From contig CAIWXQ010000044.1 of assembly GCA_903916675.1 (NCBI GenBank), forward strand, positions 1,165 to 65,164: a stretch of 64,000 nt of DNA, written 5' to 3'. The notes under the pieces were generated by a model. The model had not been told where the DNA came from. It saw only the letters and a program-made list of their open reading frames with translations, and made no database searches. This DNA is from an uncultured bacterium. GTDB taxonomy: Bacteria; Verrucomicrobiota; Kiritimatiellia; RFP12; CAIWXQ01. Shown here in pieces: positions 55,370 to 63,758 of the stretch (position 1 is its first letter; each line of letters begins with the position of its first letter). The position numbers and the translations under genes were made by a program.

Positions 55370-56824
55370 TCAATCCACCACCACCAGTCCTTCGGCGCCG
55401 GTGCGGTTCGGCGGGAGTGGCATTTCGCCGCGCCCGATCATGTCCACCTTCTGCCAGCGGCCCGACTGCCAGCGCCACCAGAACCCCACGGCTAGGATCA
55501 GGACATAGACCGTCAGCCAGATCCATGCAGGTATGATGCCAGCCTGCCGATGGAAGATCAACCACTCTCCCGGAAGCCAGACCAGCCAGCCGAGGATCAG
55601 CATGTAGACCATCACGAAGCGGGTGTCGCCGGCCCCCTTGAGCGCTCCGGACAGAACGATGTTCACCGTATCGAACATCCCCCAGATGGCCATCATGAGC
55701 ATCATGGGCTTGCCGGCCCGCACCAGTTGCTCAACGGTGTAGCTGGCCTCCTGCGACTGGAACAGGCGATAGTAGCCCCCCGGAAACAGCAGAAAGCTCG
55801 CGCCGGCCGCAAACATGTACACCCATCCGATCATCAGGGCCGTCCATCCGGCGCGCGCCGCGCTGTCGCTGTCCCCCCGCCCCTGGTGCTGCCCCACGAC
55901 GATCGAAGCCGCAATGCTGATGGCGAGCAGCGGCATGAACGCCACGCTGTTGATGCTGAAGCCGATGTTGCTGGCGGCAAACGAAAGCGGTTCCAGCCGG
56001 CCGGTCATGAGGACAAACACCGTGAAGGAGCCGATGTCCACCAGCAGATGACCGCCCGCTGGCGCGCCATAGCGGACCATCCGCTTCATCAGCGGCCAGT
56101 CCAGCACCAGCGCGTTTCGCCAGCCCATGCGCCGCACCAGGGGGTCGCGCAGGAACAGGACGAACTGCGCGGCCGGCGGTACGCACCCGGCAATGGCCGT
56201 CGCGATCGCCGCGCCGACGATCCCTAGGCGCGGAAAACCCCAGTGCCCGAAGATAAGGGCATAATCCAGCACGACATTCAGCAGGCAGCCAGCCACGCAA
56301 CTGATCACGTTCGGCCGCATCCGTCCCTGCCCCGTGAAGAATCCGCCAATGGCCGTCCCCAGCGGCACGACCACGCCGGTGGCCATCAGGATCGTGAAGA
56401 AGGGGTATTCCTCGCGCAGCACGGCCGGCGCATGCCCGCTGATCCGCATCAGCCAGAGCCCCACCGGAATCAGTGCCGCGATCAGCGGCCAGGAGCACAG
56501 CGACAGCCAGATTCCCTGCGCCGTGGCCCGCACGCACCCTTCCGGCTGGCCAGCACCATGGTACTGCGCCACGAACGTGCCGGAATATCCTGCCAACGCG
56601 TGAAAAAAACAGATCATCGTGAACGAGAGAATCCCGGCCGGCAGCGCGGCCTGGATGGAGACGGCGCTGTAGTGCGCCAGGAACACGCGGTCCGTGAACT
56701 GCATGGCCGTGAAGGTCCCCATGCTCAGGATGAGCGGGTACGCCACGCGCAGCATCTCGTGGTAGCCGCCGGGACGCAGGGCCGGAACATTCAATTCGGA
56801 TGATGTGGCGGTGGAATGGGGCAT
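55370..56824 (-). CDS. MATE-family efflux transporter
   Basis: 12-TM pattern. The N-terminus ...EMLRVAYPLILSMGTFTAMQFTDRVFLAHYS is typical of MATE proteins. Start set at MPHSTAT. Confidence 0.78.
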   Translation of the reverse strand: MPHSTATSSELNVPALRPGGYHEMLRVAYPLILSMGTFTAMQFTDRVFLAHYSAVSIQAALPAGILSFTMICFFHALAGYSGTFVAQYHGAGQPEGCVRATAQGIWLSLCSWPLIAALIPVGLWLMRISGHAPAVLREEYPFFTILMATGVVVPLGTAIGGFFTGQGRMRPNVISCVAGCLLNVVLDYALIFGHWGFPRLGIVGAAIATAIAGCVPPAAQFVLFLRDPLVRRMGWRNALVLDWPLMKRMVRYGAPAGGHLLVDIGSFTVFVLMTGRLEPLSFAASNIGFSINSVAFMPLLAISIAASIVVGQHQGRGDSDSAARAGWTALMIGWVYMFAAGASFLLFPGGYYRLFQSQEASYTVEQLVRAGKPMMLMMAIWGMFDTVNIVLSGALKGAGDTRFVMVYMLILGWLVWLPGEWLIFHRQAGIIPAWIWLTVYVLILAVGFWWRWQSGRWQKVDMIGRGEMPLPPNRTGAEGLVVVD

Positions 56825-56968
56825 ATCACGCCTGTTTCGCGATGCCGTTACACGCCGCACCCGTGGTGCATCGCGTTGTTCGCCGAGCGTGCCGGCCGCT
56901 GTAGCGGGCGCATGTGCCACGCGCTGTCGGCGGCTGACACAGCCGCCGCTACAATTCCCCACCCTACC

Positions 56969-58258
56969 TTATTTTCCGTCGCGGATGCGCTGGGTAGTGC
57001 GCATGGCGCAGAATTCGGGGCCGCACATGGAGCAATGGTCGTCCGTGGCGCTGGTACTGCGGCAGGCGCGGGTCTTGCGCCAGCGCGCCTCGGCATGCGG
57101 ACCGTCGAGGGCCAGCGCGAACTGCTTCTTCCAGTCGAACGCCGCACGGGCGCGGGACATCTCGTCGTCGCGGGCGCGGGCGCCGGGCAGGCCGCGCGCC
57201 ACATCGCCGGCATGAGCCGCGATGCGGTAGGCAATCATACCCTGGTGCACCTCGTCCTCGTCCGGCAGGCCGAGGTGCTCAGCTGGCGTGACGTAGCAGA
57301 GGAGCGAGGCGCCATAGCAGGCCGCGGCCGTGGCGCCGATGCAGGAGGTGATGTGGTCGTATCCCGGCGCAATGTCCGTGACCACCGGCCCCAGCACATA
57401 GAAGGGCGCGCCGTCGCAAACCTGCTGTTCGCGCTCCATGTTCATGCGGATCTGGTCGAACGGCACGTGGCCAGGCCCCTCCACCATCACCTGCACGCCA
57501 GCCTTGCGGCAGCGCTGCACGAGTCCGCCCAGCACATCCAGCTCGCCGAACTGCGCAGCGTCACTGGCGTCAGCCAGGCAGCCCGGGCGCAAGCCGTCGC
57601 CGAGCGAGACAGTCACGTCGTGTTTCGCCAGGATCGCCAGCACCTCATCCCAGCGCTCAAAGAGGGGATTCTCGCGCCGGTTGGTCTGCATCCATTCCGC
57701 CATGATGGCGCCGCCGCGGCTGACGATCCCCATGATGCGCCGCATGGCCAGCGGCACGTGCTTGCGCAGCAGGCCGGCATGGAGCGTCATGAAGTCCACG
57801 CCCTGCTCCGCCTGTTCGCGGATCACGCCCAGCAGCAGGTCCGCGTCCATGTGCGGCACATCGCCCGCCATGCGCGAGATGGTCTCGTAAACCGGCACCG
57901 TGCCGAGCGGCACGGGCGAAGCGTCGAGCAGCCCCTGGCGGATCCGGGCGAGGTTCGGGCCGACGCTCAGGTCCATCACGAAATCCGCGCCGGCCGCGAG
58001 CGCCACCCGGAGCTTGCGCTGCTCTTCGCGGCGGGCGGAACGTTCCGTGGAGCGACCGATGTTGGCGTTGACCTTGGTGCGGAAGAGACGCCCCACGCCC
58101 ATCGGCCGCGCACTGGCGTGCGCCGGATTCCGCGGGATCACGGCGTGCCCGCGCGCCACGGCCTTCTGCACCTGCGCCGCGGCCACGCCCTCCGCCATGG
58201 CCACCTGCCGCATGGCTGAAGTGATCTTTCCTGCGCGCGCTGACTGCAACTGTGTCAC
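56969..58258 (-). CDS. thiC: Phosphomethylpyrimidine synthase ThiC (short bacterial form)
   Basis: Radical-SAM-related ThiC sequence throughout, with a C-terminal CSMCGPEFC cluster. Start set at GTG 58258 (VTQLQSARAGKITSAM), matching the usual ThiC N-terminus. The ORF-track start at 58273 is TTG. Confidence 0.92.
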   Translation of the reverse strand: MTQLQSARAGKITSAMRQVAMAEGVAAAQVQKAVARGHAVIPRNPAHASARPMGVGRLFRTKVNANIGRSTERSARREEQRKLRVALAAGADFVMDLSVGPNLARIRQGLLDASPVPLGTVPVYETISRMAGDVPHMDADLLLGVIREQAEQGVDFMTLHAGLLRKHVPLAMRRIMGIVSRGGAIMAEWMQTNRRENPLFERWDEVLAILAKHDVTVSLGDGLRPGCLADASDAAQFGELDVLGGLVQRCRKAGVQVMVEGPGHVPFDQIRMNMEREQQVCDGAPFYVLGPVVTDIAPGYDHITSCIGATAAACYGASLLCYVTPAEHLGLPDEDEVHQGMIAYRIAAHAGDVARGLPGARARDDEMSRARAAFDWKKQFALALDGPHAEARWRKTRACRSTSATDDHCSMCGPEFCAMRTTQRIRDGK

Positions 58259-58368
58259 GAAACGTTCCTTCAACTTGAAAATTCAGGCATGAAAACAAGA
58301 AACCGTGCTTCGGCTCCACGCAGGAATACTAGCACACGGCCGATGTACGGCGCGAACGGAATGCGCCC

Positions 58369-59031
58369 CTACGAAAGCCCGAGGGTGGAGAAGACCAGCC
58401 GCCGCACCACTGTAAAATCGCCCGCTACCTGCCAGGCCACATCCCGGACCTTCGCGATCACCGCCGAATCGTTTGTGAAGCTGATGACGCGCAAACCGGC
58501 GCCGTGGGCGGAGCGCGCGCCATTGGGGGTGTCTTCGATCGCTACGCTGCGCGACGGATCGGCCTGCAGCTGCCGCACCGCCTCACGATATACTGCGGGA
58601 TCGGGCTTGCCGGGTCCAACCGCCTCCGAACTCAACACCACGCGGAAAATACCCTTCAGACGTTGCGCGCGGATCACGGCCTGCATCAACGCCGGCGCCG
58701 AGGTGGAGACCAGTGCCAAAGGCACGTCCCGTCCGGCCAGTTCGCGCACCAGTTCCGTCGCGCCGGAGATCCTGCCGATCCCCTCTGCGATCCGTTGCAA
58801 CACCGTGTCGTTGATCCGCCGGCTGACCTCCGTCACATCCGCTTTCACGCGGGGATGGAGCCCCAGCACATACCGCATGCTTTCGTCGTTCCCCATCCCC
58901 AGAGTGTGCGCCCGCATTTCGGGCGTGAGCGCAATGCCCAGACCGGCCAGAATCTGCTCGATAACCTCCTGCCAGACAGGCTCTGAATCGATCAGGACTC
59001 CATCCATGTCGAAGAGAACAGCTGCATTCAT
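58369..59031 (-). CDS. HAD-superfamily phosphatase embedded in the thi cluster
   Basis: Motif I VLFDMDGVLIDSE, with later STS, K and IEDTPNG motifs. The ATG overlaps the thiD stop (ATGA at 59028-59031). Confidence 0.8.
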   Translation of the reverse strand: MNAAVLFDMDGVLIDSEPVWQEVIEQILAGLGIALTPEMRAHTLGMGNDESMRYVLGLHPRVKADVTEVSRRINDTVLQRIAEGIGRISGATELVRELAGRDVPLALVSTSAPALMQAVIRAQRLKGIFRVVLSSEAVGPGKPDPAVYREAVRQLQADPSRSVAIEDTPNGARSAHGAGLRVISFTNDSAVIAKVRDVAWQVAGDFTVVRRLVFSTLGLS

Positions 59032-59945
59032 ATCGGATCTCGCGGAAAAACACGTTGCGCCATTTGCCGGCACCGCTGACCAGCTTTACGTACGGTCGAA
59101 GGGTGGATGTAACTGCAGTTTTCCACCAGCACACACGCCGTCCCCCGCCGCTGCACCATCCCCAGCACTGCAGCGTGTGGCCCGACGCAGCCACCGGCTC
59201 GGATGGCGGCGTAGACAAAGGACTTCCCCTCCACAACGGCCTTCAGCAGTGGCTGGCCTGTGGCGATCGCGGCGGCAATGGCGGCGCTCAGTGTGCAGCC
59301 GGTGCCATGGGTGGAGAGCGGTTTTCGCACGACCGGCGTGGAGAGGCGCAGGAGGTTGCGGCTTATGCAGAGGAGATCGCAGGCCGGGTGTGCACGGTCG
59401 TGGCCGCCCTTGAGGAGCACCGCGCAGCAGTAGCGGCGAGCGAGTTCAACAGCCGCCGACTGCGCATCGCAATCCGTCGCCAGCGGTCGCCCGAGAAGAA
59501 CCTCCGCCTCCGGCAGGTTGGGCGTAATCAGCGTGGCAAGCGGCAGGAGACGCCGCTTCAGCGCCGCGACCGCAGCATCCTCTAGCAGCCGCGCGCCGCT
59601 GGTGGCGACCATCACAGGATCAACCACGAGAGGGATCCCCCGGTGGCACCGCAGCACACGCGCCGCAGTCTCGATCAGGCCAGCGTTCTGCAGCATGCCA
59701 GTCTTGACGGCGCCGACGGCATAGCCGGAGAAAATCGCCTCCAACTGCAGGCAAAGGAATTCCGGCAAGACCGGCAGCACGCCGGCAACACCATCCTGAT
59801 TTTGCGCGGTGAGCGCGGCAATTGCAGTACAGCCATGCACACCAAAGCCATGAAATGCCCGCAGATCGGCCTGCAGGCCGGCATTGCCGCCGCTGTCGCT
59901 GCCGGCAATGGTCAGCGCAACAGGGTATGTGCGTTTGGCAGGCAT
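59028..59945 (-). CDS. thiD: Hydroxymethylpyrimidine/phosphomethylpyrimidine kinase
   Basis: VALTIAGSDSGGNAGLQADLRAF N-terminus and a ribokinase-fold GTGCTLSAAIAA anion-hole motif. It has a C-terminal extension of about 40 aa. Confidence 0.9.
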   Translation of the reverse strand: MPAKRTYPVALTIAGSDSGGNAGLQADLRAFHGFGVHGCTAIAALTAQNQDGVAGVLPVLPEFLCLQLEAIFSGYAVGAVKTGMLQNAGLIETAARVLRCHRGIPLVVDPVMVATSGARLLEDAAVAALKRRLLPLATLITPNLPEAEVLLGRPLATDCDAQSAAVELARRYCCAVLLKGGHDRAHPACDLLCISRNLLRLSTPVVRKPLSTHGTGCTLSAAIAAAIATGQPLLKAVVEGKSFVYAAIRAGGCVGPHAAVLGMVQRRGTACVLVENCSYIHPSTVRKAGQRCRQMAQRVFPRDPI

Positions 59946-59980
59946 GGGGCCGATCGGTCCGTCCGGTCAGACAGGTCCGA

Positions 59981-60628
59981 TCAGGAAGGCTGTTGCGGCT
60001 CTGCCGGTGCGACCGCCGGCGCCGGCGGCGCAAGCGGTGCAACCGCAGGAGGCTGCGGGGCAACTACGCGGGGCTGCGGTGCGGCAGCAGGCGGTTTGGG
60101 GGCTGTCTGGCCGGGCTTGAGCGGACGCGGCGCCAGGAGACACCCCAGCAAACGGCCCAGCAGGCGCGGATGCTGCTCCACAATCGCAATCGGCTCCAAC
60201 TCCTTGATCACCCGCGTGACCACCTCCATGCCCAGTTCCTTGTGGGCGTTTTCGCGCCCGCGGTACTGAAGGGTGAGCTTGACCTTGTCGCCTTCGGCAA
60301 GGAATTCGCGAATGTGGCGCATCTTGGTCTGCAGGTCATGCTCGTCCACACTGGCATGGAACTTGACCTCCTTGATCTGCTGCCGGATCTGCGCCTTGCG
60401 GGCCTGCTTGCGCTTGATGCTCTCCTCGTAGCGGAACTTGCCGAAGTCCATGATTTTGCAGACTGGAGGGTCGGCATTGGGAGAGATCTCGACCAGGTCG
60501 AGGCCCTGCTGCTCGGCCAGCCGCTGCGCGTCACGGGTTGCCATGACGCCAAGCATGCCGCCGTCGGGCCCGAGGACCCGGATGGTCGGGACACGAATCT
60601 TGAAGTTGGTGCGAATGAAGGATGCGAT
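59981..60628 (-). CDS. infC: Translation initiation factor IF-3 (non-AUG start; Pro/Ala-rich C-terminal tail)
   Basis: The ORF-track ATG (60556) is internal. The same frame continues upstream as IASFIRTNFKIRVPTIRVLGPDGGMLGV, the conserved IF3 N-domain start, back to a TAA. ATC at 60628-60626 lies 6 nt after GGGGAGG. An alternative start is ATT at 60616. Confidence 0.85.
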   Translation of the reverse strand: MASFIRTNFKIRVPTIRVLGPDGGMLGVMATRDAQRLAEQQGLDLVEISPNADPPVCKIMDFGKFRYEESIKRKQARKAQIRQQIKEVKFHASVDEHDLQTKMRHIREFLAEGDKVKLTLQYRGRENAHKELGMEVVTRVIKELEPIAIVEQHPRLLGRLLGCLLAPRPLKPGQTAPKPPAAAPQPRVVAPQPPAVAPLAPPAPAVAPAEPQQPS

Positions 60629-60655
60629 GGCGAACCTCCCCTGTTGCGGCGCTTA

Positions 60656-62392
60656 TTACGCCTCATTTTCCTTGCGGACCAGTTCGAGGAAGGCGTCCCG
60701 GGGCATCACGCCCTGGTCGCCACCCTCGCGACGTCGCACGGCCACGGCGCCCGCGTCCGCTTCGCGGCCACCCACGACGAGCATGTAGGGCACCTTTTCC
60801 ATCTGCGCGCGACGGATCTTGGCGCCGATCTTCTCCGAGTCGATATCCACCGACACGCGCAGGTCGGCCCCGCGCAACTGGTCGGCCACGTCCTGCGCAT
60901 AGGCCAGCTGCTTCTCGCTGATCGGCAGCACGCGCACCTGCTCCGGCGCAAGCCAGAGCGGGAAGGCGCCGCCATAATGTTCGATCAGGATGCCGAAGAA
61001 CCGCTCAAGGCTGCCGAGCAGTGCGCGGTGCACCATGTAGGGCTGGTGCTCCTTGCCGTCCTCGCCGACGTACGAAAGCTGGAAGCGCTCGGGCAGGTTG
61101 AAGTCGAACTGAATCGTGGTGAGCTGCCACGGGCGCCCGAGGGCGTCCTTGATCTTGAGGTCGATTTTGGGGCCGTAGAACGCACCGCCGCCGGCATCCA
61201 CCTCGTACGGAATGTTCTCCGCCTTGAGGGCGGCCTCGAGCGAATGCGTGGCTTGCTCCCAGCGTGCGGGCTCGCCTACGGCTTTCGCGGGCTTGGTGGC
61301 AAGGTAGGCGGTGACTTCATTGAACCCGAAGCGCCGCAGGATCCCCAGCGCAAAGCCGACGGTGCGCCGGATCTCGCCTTCGATCTGCTCCGGGGAACAG
61401 AAGATATGGGCGTCGTCCTGCGTGAAACCACGCACGCGCAGCAGCCCATGTCGCACGCCCTCCTTTTCGAAGCGGTAGACCGTGCCCAGTTCGGCCCAGC
61501 GCAGCGGCAGGTCGCGGTAGGAATAGCGGCGACTCTTGTAAATCTGGATGTGGAACGGGCAGTTCATCGGCTTGAGATAGTACGGCTCTGCCGGTTTGGC
61601 GCCGTGCTCGCCCTCTTCCGCGATCTCCAGGGGGGGGAACATGCCATCCTTGTAGAAGCTGAGATGCCCGGAGGTCTGCCAGAGGTGCGCGCGGCCGATG
61701 TGCGGCGTGAAGAGCATCTCGTAGCCGGCACGGTAGTGCTCGCGCCGCCAGAAGTTCTCGATCGTCACGCGGACGCGCGCGCCCTTGGGGTGCCAGTGAA
61801 CCAATCCGGGGCCGACATCGTCATGGACGCTGAAGAGTTCGAGTTCGCGGCCGAGCTTGCGGTGGTCGCGCTTCTTCGCCTCCTCAATGCGCGCCAGCTC
61901 GGTCGCCAGCGCCGCCGGCGACTCGGCCACCATGCCGTAGAGGCGCTGCAGCATGGGGTTTTTCTCGTCGCCGCGGTAATACGAACCTGCCACGGACGTG
62001 AGCTTGAAGGCGGCAACCCCGCCGGTGGATGGCAGATGCGGGCCACGGCAGAGGTCAACGAAGTCGCCGCAGCGGTAGAAGGAGATGACGTCGCCCGCCG
62101 GGACATCCGCCAGACGCTCGAGCTTGTAGCGCTGCCCGGCGAGCAGTTTCTGCGCTTCCTCGCGGGAGGCTTCGATGCGTTCGAACGGCAGGTTGGCGAC
62201 GATGATGCGCGCCATTTCCGCCTCGATTTTCGGGAAGTCATCGGGCGTCAGGCGATGCGGGAGGTCAAAATCGTAATAGAAACCGTCCTCGGTTGAGGGG
62301 CCGATGTCCAGCTTCACATCCGGGAATAGGCGGCTGACTGCCGCGGCCATCACATGCGCCGCACTGTGGCGCATCGTTTCAAGGGACTGCAC
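60656..62392 (-). CDS. thrS: Threonine--tRNA ligase lacking the N-terminal TGS domain
   Basis: The sequence begins essentially at the editing-domain motif RHSAAHVMAAAV. Class II catalytic and anticodon-binding domains follow. Start chosen at GTG 62392, 10 nt after GGGAGG. Alternatives are ATG 62374 and ATG 62467. Confidence 0.9.
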   Translation of the reverse strand: MQSLETMRHSAAHVMAAAVSRLFPDVKLDIGPSTEDGFYYDFDLPHRLTPDDFPKIEAEMARIIVANLPFERIEASREEAQKLLAGQRYKLERLADVPAGDVISFYRCGDFVDLCRGPHLPSTGGVAAFKLTSVAGSYYRGDEKNPMLQRLYGMVAESPAALATELARIEEAKKRDHRKLGRELELFSVHDDVGPGLVHWHPKGARVRVTIENFWRREHYRAGYEMLFTPHIGRAHLWQTSGHLSFYKDGMFPPLEIAEEGEHGAKPAEPYYLKPMNCPFHIQIYKSRRYSYRDLPLRWAELGTVYRFEKEGVRHGLLRVRGFTQDDAHIFCSPEQIEGEIRRTVGFALGILRRFGFNEVTAYLATKPAKAVGEPARWEQATHSLEAALKAENIPYEVDAGGGAFYGPKIDLKIKDALGRPWQLTTIQFDFNLPERFQLSYVGEDGKEHQPYMVHRALLGSLERFFGILIEHYGGAFPLWLAPEQVRVLPISEKQLAYAQDVADQLRGADLRVSVDIDSEKIGAKIRRAQMEKVPYMLVVGGREADAGAVAVRRREGGDQGVMPRDAFLELVRKENEA

Positions 62393-62534
62393 TGTGGTTG
62401 AACCTCCCGGGCGGCCGGGGAGCGGACAAATGCCCGCCGGAACCAAGCCCGATGTAGCGTGTAGCATAGGGCACCTGTTGCGAAAATGTCAAGGAGAGGC
62501 CGAAAAGACAAGGGAAAGCGTCATCCGGCCCGCC

Positions 62535-63152
62535 TCAGGAAAGCGCTTCGAACGCACATTCGCCCACCGGGAGCCCCTGCCCGCGGAAGATCAACTCGAA
62601 GTCGGTCTGCTCGTCCGCGCCGCGGATCCTGTGGGGCACCTCGCGGAAACGCCGATCCACGGCGAGGGCCTTACGGATTTCGGCAAAATAATCGAGATGG
62701 TCGGTGGCCACCTGCACGGTGCCGCCGGGTTTGAGGCGCGACCAGAGGATGTCGAGAAACTCCGGGCTGAACAAACGGCGGCGATGGTGACGGCGTTTGG
62801 GCCAAGGGTCTGGAAAAAAGATATACACCGTGCGCAAGCAGTGTGGCGGCAGGAGGTTCTGAAGGCTGTAAAAAGCCTCCATGCGCAGGAGTTTTACATT
62901 GGTCAGACCGGCGCGTTGAATTTTGCTGTCGAGCTTGCGGATACGTAGGAGCATGCGGTCGAGACCAAGAAACTGTACATCCGGGTGTGCAGTAGCATGG
63001 GCCAGGAGGAAGCGCCCCTTGCCACAGCCACAATCCAGTTCCAAGGGCCGGGTCGGGTCAAATAGTGCGTCGATCGGCAGGAGGGCGTCGATGCGTTCCG
63101 GACGGATGACGCCCGTCGGCGCAGAAGTGGTGGGTAGTGGGAGAGAGGCCAT
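62535..63152 (-). CDS. trmB: tRNA (guanine46-N7)-methyltransferase
   Basis: LELDCGCGKGRFLL SAM motif, plus FFPDPWPKRRHHRRRL, which is diagnostic of TrmB. Confidence 0.9.
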   Translation of the reverse strand: MASLPLPTTSAPTGVIRPERIDALLPIDALFDPTRPLELDCGCGKGRFLLAHATAHPDVQFLGLDRMLLRIRKLDSKIQRAGLTNVKLLRMEAFYSLQNLLPPHCLRTVYIFFPDPWPKRRHHRRRLFSPEFLDILWSRLKPGGTVQVATDHLDYFAEIRKALAVDRRFREVPHRIRGADEQTDFELIFRGQGLPVGECAFEALS

Positions 63153-63167
63153 CGGACAGCACCGGTG

Positions 63168-63524
63168 TCAGCCGAACAAACGGGCCAGAAAGCCCTTGGG
63201 CTTGTCCATCGCCGTCTCGATGTGGTCAATGGCAAAGATGCGAAACTGTCGCACCTGGCCGTTCTTGGGAAATTTCTTGGCCGCCCGGTAGAGGCCTTCA
63301 CGGCCGCGCTCCATCAGGAAATTACGGGCCTTGTGATCGTCGCCCACACGCTTCTCGGCCAGCATAGCGATCAGCGAGGCGAATTGACGCTCCAAATCGT
63401 GCTTGGCTTCCCAGTCACCGAGCTTGCAGCCAGCGATGGCCTTCTCCAACGTTTCGGTCTGGGCATTGGCAGCAGCAAGGTTGGTGACTTCGTCCTGACT
63501 GAGCGTGACTTTCATTAGCGGCAT
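63168..63524 (-). CDS. Small protein resembling an isolated sigma-70 region 2 domain
   Basis: 118 aa. AKHDLERQFASLIAMLAEKR...NFLMERGREGLYRAAKKFPKNGQVRQFRIFAIDHIETAM aligns by eye with sigma-70 regions 2.1-2.3 (AKKEMVEANLRLVISIAKKY...[37 protein letters not shown]). No region 3/4 is present, and the gene ends 15 nt before trmB. Confidence 0.6.
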   Translation of the reverse strand: MPLMKVTLSQDEVTNLAAANAQTETLEKAIAGCKLGDWEAKHDLERQFASLIAMLAEKRVGDDHKARNFLMERGREGLYRAAKKFPKNGQVRQFRIFAIDHIETAMDKPKGFLARLFG

Positions 63525-63592
63525 CCCTATTAATATCTATTTACACCACCAGCCAACCCGGATCAAGTGTAAAGCTTGGTGGCTCCCGGACA

Positions 63593-63621
63593 TTGCGCCT
63601 GTCGAAATGATCTGTTATACT
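63593..63621 (+). promoter_or_regulatory. Putative sigma-70-type promoter for tRNA-Gly
   Basis: TTGCGC (63593-63598), a 17-nt spacer, then TATACT (63616-63621), about 20 nt upstream of the tRNA 5' end. Confidence 0.45.
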
Positions 63622-63640
63622 CATTGTTATTCGTTCTGCT

Positions 63641-63714
63641 GCGGGCGTAATTCAATGGCAGAATGTGAGCTTCCCAAGCTCAACACGGGGGTTCGATTCC
63701 CCTCGCCCGCTCCA
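63641..63714 (+). tRNA. tRNA-Gly (anticodon CCC), CCA encoded
   Basis: The cloverleaf folded by hand. Acceptor GCGGGCG/CGCCCGC, D stem ATTC/GAAT, anticodon stem TGAGC/GCTCA with loop TTCCCAA, T arm GGGGG-TTCGATT-CCCCT, discriminator T, then CCA. 74 nt. Confidence 0.92.
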
Positions 63715-63728
63715 CTTTGGGTTCGTGT

Positions 63729-63758
63729 AAGGCGCTGATTTACAGCGCCTTTTGCATT
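63729..63758 (+). terminator. Rho-independent terminator after tRNA-Gly
   Basis: A 9-bp stem, AAGGCGCTG (63729-63737) with CAGCGCCTT (63743-63751), loop ATTTA, followed by TTGCATTTC. Confidence 0.65.

Noticed and set aside
58259-58368. Expected a TPP riboswitch in the thiC leader.
   Set aside because: The conserved CUGAGA and CCUGAUCUGGAUAAUGCCAGCG elements are absent on the minus strand. Only a terminator-like hairpin was seen. A covariance-model scan would be decisive.
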